A DNA stretch of 64,000 nt from Kiritimatiellia bacterium (GCA_017558005.1 JAFYWN010000007.1:9374-73373), one strand, 5' to 3'; shown: positions 9,609 through 20,407, counted from the first letter of the stretch. Program-made: numbers and translations. Notes: generated by a model not told the origin, from the sequence alone.

Positions 9609-10490
9609 ATGTCTACCACCGTCACGCCTTTTTTGGGTTCTGAACACCCGCCCGTCGCAAAGACGGAAGCACGGTTTCACGTTATTCCTGTACCGATGGA
9701 ACTCTCTGTCTCCTACGGATCAGGAGCGGCTGAAGGGCCCTCAGCCATTCTGAACGCCTCCGATCAATTGGAAGCGTATGAAGCAGGTGAATTTCCCTGC
9801 GATGGCGGCATTTACACCACAGCGCCTGTTCAACCCGCAGAGGCGGAGCGTAGTAACCCCGAAGCGTGGTTGGACGCAATCGAAGCGGCCGTGGGTGAAG
9901 CATTGGATTGTGGCGCGAAGCCGGTGATGTTGGGGGGTGAGCACACGGTTACCTTGGGTGCTATTCGTGCATTTAAAGCACGTGGCGAAGAAATCGGAAT
10001 TGTTCACTTTGATGCACATGCCGACCTGAGAGACACATATGAGGGAACCAAATTCTCCCATGCATGCGTCTTACGGCGCTGCCATGAGCTCGGCTTCCCG
10101 ATCGTTCAGTTCGCCACACGTGCCTATTGTAAGGAAGAAGCCGACTACCGTGCCGCCCATCCGAAGACCCTCTTCGCAATGGACGCAGAGAAGTTGGCAC
10201 TCAAAGGGCCGCCCTCCCCGATTCTTCCCAAACATTTTCCCAAGCGAATCTATGTCACCTTTGACGTAGATGGATTAGATCCGTCTGTAATGCCAAGCAC
10301 GGGCACACCTGTGCCGGGTGGATTGCTTTGGTACTCAGCACTCTTTATGTTGCGCGAAATTGCGGTAGACCACGAAATTGTGGGATGCGATGTAAATGAA
10401 TTGGCGCCGATTCCGGGATTACATCACGCCGACTTTACCGCCGCAAAGCTGACCCAACGTTTGATGGGATTGATGCAACCCAACTCCTAA
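9609..10490 (+). CDS. Agmatinase/arginase-family ureohydrolase.
   Basis: The Mn-binding motifs GGEHTVT, HFDAHADL and DVDGLDPSVMPSTGTPVPGGL are present. Its ATG abuts the previous stop. Confidence 0.8.
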   Translation: MSTTVTPFLGSEHPPVAKTEARFHVIPVPMELSVSYGSGAAEGPSAILNASDQLEAYEAGEFPCDGGIYTTAPVQPAEAERSNPEAWLDAIEAAVGEALDCGAKPVMLGGEHTVTLGAIRAFKARGEEIGIVHFDAHADLRDTYEGTKFSHACVLRRCHELGFPIVQFATRAYCKEEADYRAAHPKTLFAMDAEKLALKGPPSPILPKHFPKRIYVTFDVDGLDPSVMPSTGTPVPGGLLWYSALFMLREIAVDHEIVGCDVNELAPIPGLHHADFTAAKLTQRLMGLMQPNS

Positions 10491-10516
10491 GCACCTCGTT
10501 TCACCCGAATCAACCG

Positions 10517-11518
10517 ATGACCGTAGTCTCGCCTACTCCTCAAAACACCCCGCCCCCTGAAGACATCCTCAAGGCGGCCTTACTCCGTTTTGAGGGGGCA
10601 AATCTCTCCTTTGTGGATGGGGTGTGGGTAAACGAATCGGTCCGCGGGCGTGACTTAAAGTACTATGTCTTTGACTGGGATGACAATGTCCTCTGCATGC
10701 CGACCCGCATCCATATGGAACGCCGCACCGCTTCTGGAGAATGGGTGCCCCATCTCTGCTCGACGGCGGCCTACAGCATCATTCGTAAAGACACCGACCA
10801 CTATCGTTATCCACAAAACCAACGTGAAATGGCCTTTGTGGAATTTCAAGACGAATTCACCCATTTGGGCGGTGGCAATTTCATCAAAGATTTAGATTTA
10901 GCTTTAGACGAGATTCTTTCCGGACGAAAAGCGCCGCCGCCGAGTTTTGCCACCTTTCGCAAAACCCTCATCGAAGGGCGCCTCTTTGCGATTGTAACGG
11001 CACGTGGTCACCACGAAAAGACCCTCCGCGCGGGCGTTCAACGCTTCATTGAACGTGCACTGACGCCCGTAGAGCGCGAAGTCATGTTGATCAACCTGCG
11101 TGGGTACGACTACTGCTTTGACCACGTACAGTCCTTCCCATCGCAAACTGAAGTATTGCAACACTACCTCTCCCTCTGTCACTACCACGCCATTACCTCT
11201 CCCGACTTTAAAGCGCGCATCGCAGATGAGGCGCCAGAGGCACAGGCGAGTGAAGAGCTCAAGCAATTTGCCATTCAAGACTTCATCGATCACTTAGTCT
11301 CCATCTTGGATAAAACAGGTATGGCGGCTTTGCGATTGCCAATCTCTATTGGCTTCTCGGACGACGACCGTCACAACGTTGCGGCGGTGCGCGACTACAT
11401 TGAAAATGTCCTTATTCGGCGCTTCCCCACCGTCAAATTCTGCATTTACGACACCTCCGATGGCGCTGGCGCTCACAAAATGATGATTTCGGGCCAGATG
11501 GAATTGGCATTGGAGTAA
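10517..11518 (+). CDS. Hypothetical protein (333 aa), possibly HAD-like.
   Basis: It is a long ORF in an operon context. YVFDWDDNVL is reminiscent of a HAD motif I but not canonical. Confidence 0.55.
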   Translation: MTVVSPTPQNTPPPEDILKAALLRFEGANLSFVDGVWVNESVRGRDLKYYVFDWDDNVLCMPTRIHMERRTASGEWVPHLCSTAAYSIIRKDTDHYRYPQNQREMAFVEFQDEFTHLGGGNFIKDLDLALDEILSGRKAPPPSFATFRKTLIEGRLFAIVTARGHHEKTLRAGVQRFIERALTPVEREVMLINLRGYDYCFDHVQSFPSQTEVLQHYLSLCHYHAITSPDFKARIADEAPEAQASEELKQFAIQDFIDHLVSILDKTGMAALRLPISIGFSDDDRHNVAAVRDYIENVLIRRFPTVKFCIYDTSDGAGAHKMMISGQMELALE

Positions 11519-11524
11519 AATACG

Positions 11525-12550
11525 ATGTCGGCCTCTTCCTCCATTGGTGTAGCGTTTTCTGGTGGCGTGGACTCTGCCGTCTGCGTGCGACTCTTGCAAG
11601 AACAAGGCTATGACGTTACGGCGTGGCATATGTTAACTTGCCGACCCGAAGTGGATGAAGCCACCGTCTCCCTCGCGCAAGCACTCAATGTCCCCCTCAA
11701 GGTGATAGATTTACACGAGACCTTTGAGCGCGAAGTCGTAGCACCCTTCTTCAATGCCTATGCTAATGGATTTACGCCCAATCCCTGTTTGGCGTGCAAT
11801 GCACGGCTTAAATTTGGACGATTACGTGAAGCGATTGCGGGCCCAATGGCGACAGGCCACTATGTCCGCATTGAACCCGATCCGCAAAGTGGCGAAGTAA
11901 CCCTTCGAAGTGGGATTGATCCTGCTAAAGATCAAAGTTACTTCCTCTATGATATCCCCAAAGAAGTCCTACAATCGGTTCACTTTCCCTTAGGAAACAT
12001 GACCCGCGCGCAGGTGGTGGAACTCGCCAAAGCATGGCAATTACCCATCCCCGAAAAACGACTTGCTGCGGGGAGTCAAGACATCTGCTTCTTGCCAGAA
12101 GGTGACTATCGCCCAGAATTGCGCCGTCGTCACCCCGAAACCGCACGCCCAGGTAATGTTTTGGACATGAATGGCAAGGTGATTGGTCGCCACGAAGGCC
12201 TCGCCAATGTAACCCGTGGCCAACGCAAAGGACTCGGGATTGCAACGGGTGGGCGCGCCTTTGCCGTTGGGTTTGACCGACAGGCAAATACACTCACCTT
12301 GGGTCCCAAGGAAGCACTTGAGGTCACCTCTTTTAAAGTGGAACGGCTGAATTGGATGGTGACACCAGTCTTCCCCCTACACTGCCTCGCCGTTACGCGC
12401 TATCACCATCGCCCCGTCGCCTGCCAAGTCCTTGAAGATGGCACTGTTCTGCCAGAGCACCCCCTTACCCTCGTCACGCCAGGTCAAGCCTGCGTCTTCT
12501 ATCGCGATGAATGGGTGCTCGGCGGCGGTCTCATTCAAGCGTTAAACTAA
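11525..12550 (+). CDS. mnmA: tRNA-specific 2-thiouridylase MnmA.
   Basis: It has a PP-loop (GVAFSGGVDSAV) and conserved MnmA blocks (NPCLACN, DQSYFL). Confidence 0.9.
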   Translation: MSASSSIGVAFSGGVDSAVCVRLLQEQGYDVTAWHMLTCRPEVDEATVSLAQALNVPLKVIDLHETFEREVVAPFFNAYANGFTPNPCLACNARLKFGRLREAIAGPMATGHYVRIEPDPQSGEVTLRSGIDPAKDQSYFLYDIPKEVLQSVHFPLGNMTRAQVVELAKAWQLPIPEKRLAAGSQDICFLPEGDYRPELRRRHPETARPGNVLDMNGKVIGRHEGLANVTRGQRKGLGIATGGRAFAVGFDRQANTLTLGPKEALEVTSFKVERLNWMVTPVFPLHCLAVTRYHHRPVACQVLEDGTVLPEHPLTLVTPGQACVFYRDEWVLGGGLIQALN

Positions 12551-12574
12551 GGCTACTATTTCCGAAAGGCTTTT

Positions 12575-13285
12575 ATGAAAAATTCCTTTCGTCAACTTAC
12601 GATTAATCTCCCTTGGCTCATTGATGCACTCCTATCACTCGGCGGTGCGATACTCTTTTTCGCCCTTTTCTTTTGGGGCATTGCAGGGTCCAAACTCAAT
12701 TTAAAACTCCTCCTCTTTTCAATATTTGGGCTATTGGTGCTCGGTGTTTTTTCCACCTTCCTTATTCGCGACATCATTGCATGGATGCGAGCAATGCGAC
12801 GCCCGCTAACGCCTCACGTCCTCCCGCTTACATTGCCGAGCGACCACCTCAAAGAACGCCTAACGCAACTCCGTGAACTGTTGCGTTCACTCAACATCGC
12901 AGAAGATGCCCCCATGCAGGTGTACTTAACCGATAAGCGTGCCTACTGGACAAATGATTTTACGATAGACCTTCACTTCCTTAAACACAAATGGTGTGCA
13001 GGCGTTAGTCTCACAGCTGGCGGGACACTTTTACCCCTACAACTCAAGCGAATTGCCACTCTCCTCCCTTGCAAACTCCCCGAACGCTTTCTTACCTCCC
13101 AACTAACCTCATGCATTCTCTCGTGGGAAAAGAACCAACTTCACATCTTCCCTGCAGATGTCGCACCCAATCTCTTAAGCGAATTAATTCCGGGACTGCT
13201 ATCAGAAAAGCAAGCCGATTTTGAAGAATGGCTTAAAGCTTACAAACAAACGTTGATTGAAGACAGAGAAACGGAAGCGCAGTAA
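12575..13285 (+). CDS. Hypothetical membrane protein (236 aa).
   Basis: It has two N-terminal TM helices. I see no recognisable family. Confidence 0.5.
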   Translation: MKNSFRQLTINLPWLIDALLSLGGAILFFALFFWGIAGSKLNLKLLLFSIFGLLVLGVFSTFLIRDIIAWMRAMRRPLTPHVLPLTLPSDHLKERLTQLRELLRSLNIAEDAPMQVYLTDKRAYWTNDFTIDLHFLKHKWCAGVSLTAGGTLLPLQLKRIATLLPCKLPERFLTSQLTSCILSWEKNQLHIFPADVAPNLLSELIPGLLSEKQADFEEWLKAYKQTLIEDRETEAQ

Positions 13286-13297
13286 CGCTTCCGTTTC
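13262..13297 (+). terminator. Hairpin overlapping the stop codon of the 12575-13285 gene.
   Basis: A 12-bp perfect stem (GAAACGGAAGCG/CGCTTCCGTTTC) has a 6-nt loop that contains the TAA stop. A weak T-tract (GTTTCTGTT) follows. Confidence 0.35.
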
Positions 13298-13346
13298 TGT
13301 TAAAAGGTAGACTCAGGCGACCGTGTCGCCGCACTAATCTCAGTAA

Positions 13347-14438
13347 TTACTTACGCGCCAGTCGGTCACGAATCCACAGTACACCCGTTAAAAGCGTCAC
13401 CGCAGCCATCGTTTCTACTATCCCATAAATGGGCGAGTCAACCCACTTGGCAAGACCATGCGTGAGCGTTTGCGCCGTCACCTTTAGAGGGTACCAAAAG
13501 AGCGTGCCACACAGATAGGCGGTCAAAGCCCAACGTCCATAGAGCGTTAGAAGCCCCCACCCACGATTTAGGCGGCACACATCGATTACAACGTAGAGCA
13601 TCCCTAACGTTAACACGCCATATCCCATCGCTTGCGCCGTAAAGCTGACGGTGTAAATGCGTTTAATTGCGGGCTCCCAAATGCCCAAAAGAAGTCCACC
13701 CAAAAGTAAAGAGACTCCGAAGATTGCCAACGTAAACACCTTCCGCTTTGCCGTTTGTGCCGATCGCAACACCTCCGTGCAAAAGAGTCCGCAGGCCGTC
13801 ATCGCACCAAACATCAATGAGGTAAGCACCCAACTGTAGCCATCATGATTGGAAGGGAAGAGAATGTTTTCCACACGAATAGCGAGATTACCTGTCGGTG
13901 TGTAATCCCCACCAAGGGCCAACGCCACCCCATATCCCGTAGCCATGAGGAGTGGTAAAGCATAGCGCACACCCCGATTCGGCACGAGATAGAGCAGAGC
14001 CGCAATGAAGTAACCCGCCGCAATCGCCTGGAGTGTGTTGTTGTAAAATTGCAGGTATTCCCACTTTAAATGGAGCAAATTCCCCTGCACTACCATGCCT
14101 AATACCCACAGCGTCAGCACCCGCACAAATACATGACGCCAATAGCGCCACCCCGCCTTACCCTCCTCCATCTGTTTAGGCAATGCAAAGGGAATCGCTG
14201 CGCCACACATAAAGATAAACCACGGCATAATCAAATCCCATGCCGTCAATCCTGCCCAATCCACGTGATGCAACTGATCACTTAGCCATGTGGGCAAACC
14301 AAAGGCGCGGTGCCATGCAGCGCACAGAGGTCCCACCACCACAAGGAAGAATATATCCAATCCGCGCATCACATCCAATGAGCATAGGCGTCCTTGAGGC
14401 TTAACATCTTTATGGCACTGATCCATCTTTGTCTCCAC
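13347..14438 (-). CDS. DUF5009/HGSNAT-like membrane acyltransferase-family protein.
   Basis: The N-terminal RLCSLDVMRGLDIFFLVVVG motif matches the DUF1624/DUF5009 signature. The protein is polytopic, with about 10 TM helices. Confidence 0.65.
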   Translation of the reverse strand: METKMDQCHKDVKPQGRLCSLDVMRGLDIFFLVVVGPLCAAWHRAFGLPTWLSDQLHHVDWAGLTAWDLIMPWFIFMCGAAIPFALPKQMEEGKAGWRYWRHVFVRVLTLWVLGMVVQGNLLHLKWEYLQFYNNTLQAIAAGYFIAALLYLVPNRGVRYALPLLMATGYGVALALGGDYTPTGNLAIRVENILFPSNHDGYSWVLTSLMFGAMTACGLFCTEVLRSAQTAKRKVFTLAIFGVSLLLGGLLLGIWEPAIKRIYTVSFTAQAMGYGVLTLGMLYVVIDVCRLNRGWGLLTLYGRWALTAYLCGTLFWYPLKVTAQTLTHGLAKWVDSPIYGIVETMAAVTLLTGVLWIRDRLARK

Positions 14439-14440
14439 CT

Positions 14441-14481
14441 TGTAAAAGAAAGCCGCCCGCAGGAAAACTGTTAGGCGGCTT
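14441..14481 (-). terminator. Rho-independent terminator after the 654-aa gene.
   Basis: On the minus strand the stem AAGCCGCC/GGCGGCTT is followed by TCTTTTAC. Confidence 0.5.
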
Positions 14482-14514
14482 CACTGTTATCGGTCGTTAG
14501 CCGATTAAGCCCAA

Positions 14515-16479
14515 TTAAAAGTCGATATAATCACGCAAATGCACCGCAAGCGCATGAGCATTCACCGCATCTAAACGTTGCAAGACGCATCGCCAACGAT
14601 AGGCCATTGAGCCATTTTCATCAACTTGATGGTCACGGAAAAGTGCATCAAAGCCTGCGCGGTGTTCACGATACATCCGTTGAATACGCGTCAATTCATC
14701 TTCAAATGCATTGAGGAAGATTCGCGCCATTGCCTCAAAGTTTCGCACCAAATGCTTACGTTTATTCAAAGCCTTTGCGTAATCTGCAATGGTTTCGGTG
14801 TAAGCGCGACGATAATTGGTGAACGAACCTGTGGGTTCTGAAAGCACTAAGCGTTCGGGTAAGCCCAAGGCATTCATGATAATGACTTCGTCACCATCAT
14901 CAAAGATCGTTTTTCCACTCTCAACCGCAGCGCGCCCCACCACTAAATTGGGGGCAGCGGCCTGCCCTAACAGACGGAAAAAGCACTGACAGAAGGCATC
15001 AGAAGCGTAAAGATTTTCAGGAATCTTGTCGGTCGCACATCCGGAGATATAGTCGCGCTCAAAATAACCCGTCCAAACGTGGTGGCAGGTCCCATTGCGA
15101 TCGCAGACCGTTTCGCGGAAGGTGCGCGGGATCATCGCCGCAGGCAAGTGCATGCCCAATTGACGTGCGCCAAGACGACGGTCCATCACGTAGTCCGTGT
15201 AATCCTCCGCCTCCAACATCGACTGCAAGAGCGGTTTCCCCTCGGCTAAGTGAGAGGCCACGGTCCACCGTTGGATACGCACAATCTTCACGCTGGGTTG
15301 CGGACGATGACGTTCCTTCATCTCCACGATATAAACCAATGCGCGCGGTCCCTGCCCCTTACGTCCAGAGAGCGAACGGCGCGTACGGCCAATATTGACA
15401 TACTCAATTTGAGAATATTCACGCAAGTAATTGAAGAGAATTGCACGGGCACGATGGTCGCACATTCGTCGCAACTGTTCATCCTCCGGATGTGCATCCG
15501 CCTCGGCAAAAACTGGGTCAAAGAAGAGTTCGCCCTCTTCCACTCGGCCACCAGGGAGCCATTCAATCTGCATAAAGAACTCAGGCGAGAGCCCTTCAAT
15601 CACGGCAGAGACGCCCGTCTCATTGGCCTTCTGCACCAAAACCGCCGACAACGCCTTTCGCCAGCCCGGATCATCCGGGTCATCGCGCATCAAGCAGACT
15701 TCGTGCACCGATGATTCAAAGATCCCGAGCAAGCGCTCATATGCCGAACGCACCTCTGCATCGGCCATCGTTTCAAGGTCATACTTGGCGAAGAGATCCG
15801 CAGAAATTGCACCGCGCGGCAAAATATCCACTTCAGGATTCATGAAGCGATTGCGGCGCGTGAGGTTTTTAGAAATTTCCAATAAGTGCGCACGCAATTC
15901 CGCATCGGAGAGCTTCCCCAACGAACGGAAGTTGGTCAACGTCAAGAAACGCGTACCCGTCAAATGGTTGTAGAAGTAAATTGCCCGCCCATCAATGCCG
16001 ACGCGGGAGTTCTCAATCATCGTACGGATTTCTTCTTCAAAGCGTGGCACCGGCGCCATACGCCATGCCTCACCACGCGTGCGAAGTGCATCACGGACGA
16101 GTTGGTTCTGAATGTTCAGATAACGAATCTTGCGTTTGGAGACAAATTGTTGCAGAAATTCATCGCCACGCAAAGCTAAGGGCATATTTCGCGGGTCAGG
16201 GCGAATCAAAGCATAGTTTTCATCAAAAAGCAAGTCCACGCTCTCGGCGATTTCGGCATCGACCTCGGCATCCGTTAACGGGGGCTCACCCTTCTCTTCG
16301 CGGCGGCGATTCAGTTCCTCAATGAAGGCCATGCGCTGCATCGCATGGATACCCTTCAGTGTCACAAAGCCCGGCGTTCGCAAAAACACCGTGCCAATGC
16401 GCGAGGCCAGCATCCCCTTTGCGTCGCGCGCAAAAGGTTCTGGACCTAAGCGAATAATGCCACTTTTAGATTCACTCAT
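14515..16479 (-). CDS. Large conserved hypothetical protein (654 aa).
   Basis: It is a long uninterrupted ORF, and its start overlaps the folD stop. I could not confidently match it to any family. Confidence 0.6.
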   Translation of the reverse strand: MSESKSGIIRLGPEPFARDAKGMLASRIGTVFLRTPGFVTLKGIHAMQRMAFIEELNRRREEKGEPPLTDAEVDAEIAESVDLLFDENYALIRPDPRNMPLALRGDEFLQQFVSKRKIRYLNIQNQLVRDALRTRGEAWRMAPVPRFEEEIRTMIENSRVGIDGRAIYFYNHLTGTRFLTLTNFRSLGKLSDAELRAHLLEISKNLTRRNRFMNPEVDILPRGAISADLFAKYDLETMADAEVRSAYERLLGIFESSVHEVCLMRDDPDDPGWRKALSAVLVQKANETGVSAVIEGLSPEFFMQIEWLPGGRVEEGELFFDPVFAEADAHPEDEQLRRMCDHRARAILFNYLREYSQIEYVNIGRTRRSLSGRKGQGPRALVYIVEMKERHRPQPSVKIVRIQRWTVASHLAEGKPLLQSMLEAEDYTDYVMDRRLGARQLGMHLPAAMIPRTFRETVCDRNGTCHHVWTGYFERDYISGCATDKIPENLYASDAFCQCFFRLLGQAAAPNLVVGRAAVESGKTIFDDGDEVIIMNALGLPERLVLSEPTGSFTNYRRAYTETIADYAKALNKRKHLVRNFEAMARIFLNAFEDELTRIQRMYREHRAGFDALFRDHQVDENGSMAYRWRCVLQRLDAVNAHALAVHLRDYIDF

Positions 16480-17369
16480 GACTGTTCCTGAAGCGTGCGG
16501 ATTGCTGCTTGATACGTATTTTCAAGCAACATCGTAATCGTCATTGGGCCCACACCCCCTGGCACCGGTGTCAACTTCGAAGCGACTTGTGCCACAGAAT
16601 CAAAATCACAATCACCGCACAGACGGTAGCCCGTCTTCGTGCCTTCGCAAGGTACACGGTTGACCCCGACATCAATCACGACTGCGCCAGGCTTTACCAT
16701 CTCGCCTGTCACCGTATTCGGACGGCCAGAAGCCACAACTAAAATGTCCGCCTGACGTGTAAACGATGCCAAATCACGCGTTCCTGTATGGCACAGCGTC
16801 ACCGTGGCATTACCACCAGGAGCCTTACGTGCCAACAACTGAGCCACGGGCTTCCCAACGATATTACTGCGACCAATCACCACCGCATGCGCACCAGCCG
16901 TTTCCACACCCGAGCGCAAGAGCATTTGGATAATTCCGTGTGGCGTACACGGCAAGAAACAGGGTTCGCCAATCATCATGCGCCCCACGTTTACAGGTGT
17001 AAATCCATCCACATCCTTCTCTGGGGCAATCGCACGAATCACCGCCGCCTCATCTAAACCCTTTGGCAACGGCAATTGCACCAAAATACCATGCACCTCT
17101 GGCATCGTATTAAGACGTTCAATGACTGCGAGTAACTCCTCTTGCGTTGTTGTCGCAGGCAGGCGGATATCTTCAGAATGCATTCCCGCCGCGGCGAGTG
17201 CCTGTTCCTTCGCGGTAACATAAGAGCGTGATGCTGGGTCATCCCCCACAAGCACCACGCCCAAGCCGGGTACAACACCCGTTTTAGCCTTCAACTCCGC
17301 CACTTTCTGGCGAATTTCTTCACGCATTGTCGCTGCAAGCGCCTTACCATCAATCAACTCTGCTGCCAT
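16476..17369 (-). CDS. folD: Bifunctional methylenetetrahydrofolate dehydrogenase/cyclohydrolase FolD.
   Basis: The N-terminus [13 protein letters not shown] and a Rossmann GxSxxxGxP block ([17 protein letters not shown]) are present. The protein is about 297 aa. Confidence 0.9.
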   Translation of the reverse strand: MAAELIDGKALAATMREEIRQKVAELKAKTGVVPGLGVVLVGDDPASRSYVTAKEQALAAAGMHSEDIRLPATTTQEELLAVIERLNTMPEVHGILVQLPLPKGLDEAAVIRAIAPEKDVDGFTPVNVGRMMIGEPCFLPCTPHGIIQMLLRSGVETAGAHAVVIGRSNIVGKPVAQLLARKAPGGNATVTLCHTGTRDLASFTRQADILVVASGRPNTVTGEMVKPGAVVIDVGVNRVPCEGTKTGYRLCGDCDFDSVAQVASKLTPVPGGVGPMTITMLLENTYQAAIRTLQEQS

Positions 17370-17553
17370 ATCAAGCAACTCCCATTGGATATTCTTACCC
17401 ATAGGGTAACAAATTCCACCCTATCATGCAACAAACATTTCAAGAACCCCTTAATTTTCAGCACCCGTTTCTGAAAAAATACCATCAAATTCTTTTCTCT
17501 GCTTACCTGTGAACCCTCTCGAGTGTGACGTAATTACGTGGCACCTCTATCCT

Positions 17554-17592
17554 ACAAAAAAGCCACCCCATAATCCGCTATGGATTGAGGTG
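17554..17592 (-). terminator. Putative terminator after azlCD.
   Basis: On the minus strand a split stem (CCACC...GGTGG with inner CCATA/TATGG) is followed by CTTTTTTG. Confidence 0.45.
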
Positions 17593-17630
17593 GAAATGTG
17601 CAAGATTTAGTGTGAACAATCGCGAGGTGA

Positions 17631-17939
17631 TTAGAGAAGCGTAATGAGCCAGATGGCAAAAGAGGCGATGGCTGCGACAAGGACCATTGAGACACCACGA
17701 AGAGCGAGAAGGATCGCCACAATGATGCCAACAAATCCTGCCAATAGACTGGGAGCGCCCGTGATGGCGGCGGGAATGGTCATCGCACTTAGCGTAGCAT
17801 ACGGCACATAGTGCAAGAATGCACGGATGACGGGGTGTCGAATTTCTCGTCGAAGGAGAATGAGCGGCAGGAGGCGGATGGCATAAGTTACGCTCGCCAT
17901 GACAGCAATGCTCAACCAAATTGAGGAGGCGTTAGGCAT
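17631..17939 (-). CDS. azlD: Branched-chain amino acid exporter small subunit AzlD.
   Basis: It is about 100 aa, highly hydrophobic, and lies immediately downstream of and overlapping azlC. Confidence 0.65.
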   Translation of the reverse strand: MPNASSIWLSIAVMASVTYAIRLLPLILLRREIRHPVIRAFLHYVPYATLSAMTIPAAITGAPSLLAGFVGIIVAILLALRGVSMVLVAAIASFAIWLITLL

Positions 17940-18660
17940 TTTTGGTTTCCTCCTTCATTGGGAACAACCACGCCGCAATCCCTGCAACAATCAAGGTCAC
18001 GAGAATAATCCGCGTACCACTTGAAATCTTCTCAAGGATGGGGCAATAGGTAAAGAAGAGGCTGAGGAGGGCCGCCGAAATAGAGACGGCAAAGATCTTA
18101 CGATCTCGGCTCGCGGCAGGGACAACGATTGCCACGAACATGCCATAGAGAGCGATGCTCAGTGCGGCGGTGACCGAGTCTGGGAGGATATTACCTGCGA
18201 GTGCGCCGCAGAGCGTACCGAAGGCCCACCCAGGCCAAGCCACTACGGTTTGGCCATAGTGATAGTACGGCGAAAGCCAACCATTGACGCTCACACTAAC
18301 GCCAAAGATTTCATCTGTCACACCGCAAGCCATCAGAAAACGATGGAAGAAAGGTGTTTCAGGGGAGAGTTTTTGTGAGAGTGCGCAGGACATCAAGCAG
18401 TAACGAAGATTGATGACCAACTGCGTCAAGGCGAGTGTTGCGAGCGCTCCCGCACTTTCAATAACCGCAAGCCCCGCAAACTGCCCCGCACTGGTGAGGT
18501 TGGAGCCCGAAAGACAGAAGGCTTGAAATGCAGAAATGCCCGCTGCTCGCGCCTGAATGCCAAAGGCAAACGAGACGGCAAAGTAGCCCAATCCTATTGG
18601 AATACCTGCATACATACCGCGCATAAACGCGGAAAGATTTCGCAAAAATTGACGATTCAT
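17932..18660 (-). CDS. azlC: Branched-chain amino acid exporter AzlC.
   Basis: Its size, TM pattern and conserved AzlC blocks match the family (FAFGIQARAAG, NLRYCLMS). Confidence 0.8.
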   Translation of the reverse strand: MNRQFLRNLSAFMRGMYAGIPIGLGYFAVSFAFGIQARAAGISAFQAFCLSGSNLTSAGQFAGLAVIESAGALATLALTQLVINLRYCLMSCALSQKLSPETPFFHRFLMACGVTDEIFGVSVSVNGWLSPYYHYGQTVVAWPGWAFGTLCGALAGNILPDSVTAALSIALYGMFVAIVVPAASRDRKIFAVSISAALLSLFFTYCPILEKISSGTRIILVTLIVAGIAAWLFPMKEETKNA

Positions 18661-19586
18661 GAGCGGTTATTCTCCCGACAAAATGCCAAGTCTTCAAGAA
18701 TTTGCGCATGTAAGGCGGTTAAAGACTCAAATTTACGTTCTGCACGAACACGCGGTTTTTCAATTTGGAGCGTCACGGTGCAACCGTAAAAATCATCGGA
18801 AACATCTAAGAGATGCACCTCAAAGAGGGGATGTTCTAATCCCTTAATACTCGGTGCAGTGCCAAAATTAATCAATGCTTGATAGGTTTTTGGCGCGCCA
18901 GTGGCTTGATGAATGGTGGCAGTGCCATGGTAAACACCATGCGCCAAGGGGACCAACATCTCCCCTGCCCGACCCTGATAAGGCAAATTAAGGGTTGGCA
19001 CGCCAAAGGTCTTTCCCGCCAAGGCGCGACCGTGTTGGACCACACCACAAAAAGCCCAAGGCCGACCCAACATCGCAGTCGCATCATCCATCGCCCCCGC
19101 TGTAAGCGCTGCGCGAATACGTGTGGAGGAGATGCGTTCGCCCTTATACTGTGCGTAAGGAACCAGGTGGGTAGCAATCTTGTGTTCTTTCAAGAAAGCA
19201 ATGTCCCCCTGCGCCCCTTTTCCAAAGCGCCAATCATCACCACAAAAGACCTCTGCACCCTTTAAACGCGTCAAGAAATCTGCGGCCGAAATCGCAGAAA
19301 AGGCGGAGGTAAAGGGTTGGCGAATCAAGGTCGCGCCGCTTTCAAGCAGATAATGCGTTTGAAGGGCGGCATCATAAATGCGAGCAGGCGCTGGATTAGA
19401 TGAAGCACTTAACGTGGGCGCCCCCTCAAAGGTCAGAATCCAAGGAGCTTTCCCGGAGTCATGCGCCACCGAAAGCATCTGTTGGAGAATCGCTTGATGT
19501 CCACGATGGACGCCATCAAAGGCACCAACCGCCAACGCGGTTGCGGGCGGAAGAGCATCAAGCGAATCAAAGAACAGTGGCTTCAT
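18657..19586 (-). CDS. ribF: Bifunctional riboflavin kinase/FAD synthetase RibF.
   Basis: The N-terminal FAD-synthetase block GAFDGVHRGHQ is present. The C-terminal riboflavin kinase domain carries GxY and PTLN motifs (GKTFGVPTLN). Confidence 0.9.
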   Translation of the reverse strand: MKPLFFDSLDALPPATALAVGAFDGVHRGHQAILQQMLSVAHDSGKAPWILTFEGAPTLSASSNPAPARIYDAALQTHYLLESGATLIRQPFTSAFSAISAADFLTRLKGAEVFCGDDWRFGKGAQGDIAFLKEHKIATHLVPYAQYKGERISSTRIRAALTAGAMDDATAMLGRPWAFCGVVQHGRALAGKTFGVPTLNLPYQGRAGEMLVPLAHGVYHGTATIHQATGAPKTYQALINFGTAPSIKGLEHPLFEVHLLDVSDDFYGCTVTLQIEKPRVRAERKFESLTALHAQILEDLAFCRENNRS

Positions 19587-19593
19587 GGGAAAT

Positions 19594-20331
19594 TTAGAAG
19601 GAGCCTTCGAGGTAATTCATACACGGAATAACACGTTGCTCAATAGCAACACGAGGCATCTCCAACAACGCTGCAAACGGCGTTGCGTGTTGCAGAGTAA
19701 CCTTTCCAGAGGCTGTACGGCGCAAGGCGCAGAGGTGTGCACCCGTTCCAAGGAGTTGACCAAGATCGTGTGCCAACGTACGAATGTAGGTCCCCTTCGT
19801 GCAACGCACCTCAAAATCCGCCTCTGCACGCTCTGCATTGGGACGGAAGGCGGTAATGGCAAATTTGTAAATGTGTACAAACCGCTCTTCGCGTTCACAT
19901 TCTTCACCGCGAACGGCAAGCTTATAGAGCGGCTGACCTGCAATTTTAACGGCGGAGTACATCGGTGGCTTTTGAAAGAGGTCGCCCACAAACTCGGCTT
20001 GGATTGCGGAGCGCACAGCCTCTTCCGTGAGGTGTTCTGTGGAGTGTTCTTCCGTAATCTCACCAAGACGATCCTGTGTCGTGGTCGCCGCACCGAAACG
20101 AATCGTGCCGATGTAGGTTTTGTCACCTCCCATTACGCGATCTGAAATCTTCGTTCCCTTGCCAAGCAAAATGAGCAACAACCCCGTTGCATCGGGGTCA
20201 AGCGTGCCACCATGGCCGACCTTTGCAAAGCCAAATTTCTTTCGAAGCGTGGTCACGATCACATGAGATGGCATTCCTGCAGGCTTATCCACCGGCAAAA
20301 TCCCATCCGGATCTGCATAAACTTCACTCAC
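19594..20331 (-). CDS. truB: tRNA pseudouridine(55) synthase TruB.
   Basis: The catalytic motif HGGTLDPDATG and a PUA-like C-terminal end are present. Confidence 0.9.
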   Translation of the reverse strand: MSEVYADPDGILPVDKPAGMPSHVIVTTLRKKFGFAKVGHGGTLDPDATGLLLILLGKGTKISDRVMGGDKTYIGTIRFGAATTTQDRLGEITEEHSTEHLTEEAVRSAIQAEFVGDLFQKPPMYSAVKIAGQPLYKLAVRGEECEREERFVHIYKFAITAFRPNAERAEADFEVRCTKGTYIRTLAHDLGQLLGTGAHLCALRRTASGKVTLQHATPFAALLEMPRVAIEQRVIPCMNYLEGSF

Positions 20332-20364
20332 AATAACAATCCTCTGTGTGAAATCCTATACCGA

Positions 20365-20407
20365 TATAAAAAAACGGGGAAAGCGAAACCTTACGCGAAT
20401 CCCCGTT
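20365..20407 (-). terminator. Rho-independent terminator between rbfA and truB.
   Basis: On the minus strand the stem ACGGGGA...TCCCCGT is followed by TTTTTTTAT. Confidence 0.6.

Noticed and set aside
14515-16479. Calling the 654-aa protein isocitrate dehydrogenase kinase/phosphatase (AceK) or PrkA.
   Set aside because: Comparison with the AceK and PrkA motifs I remember showed no matching blocks. It is left as hypothetical.
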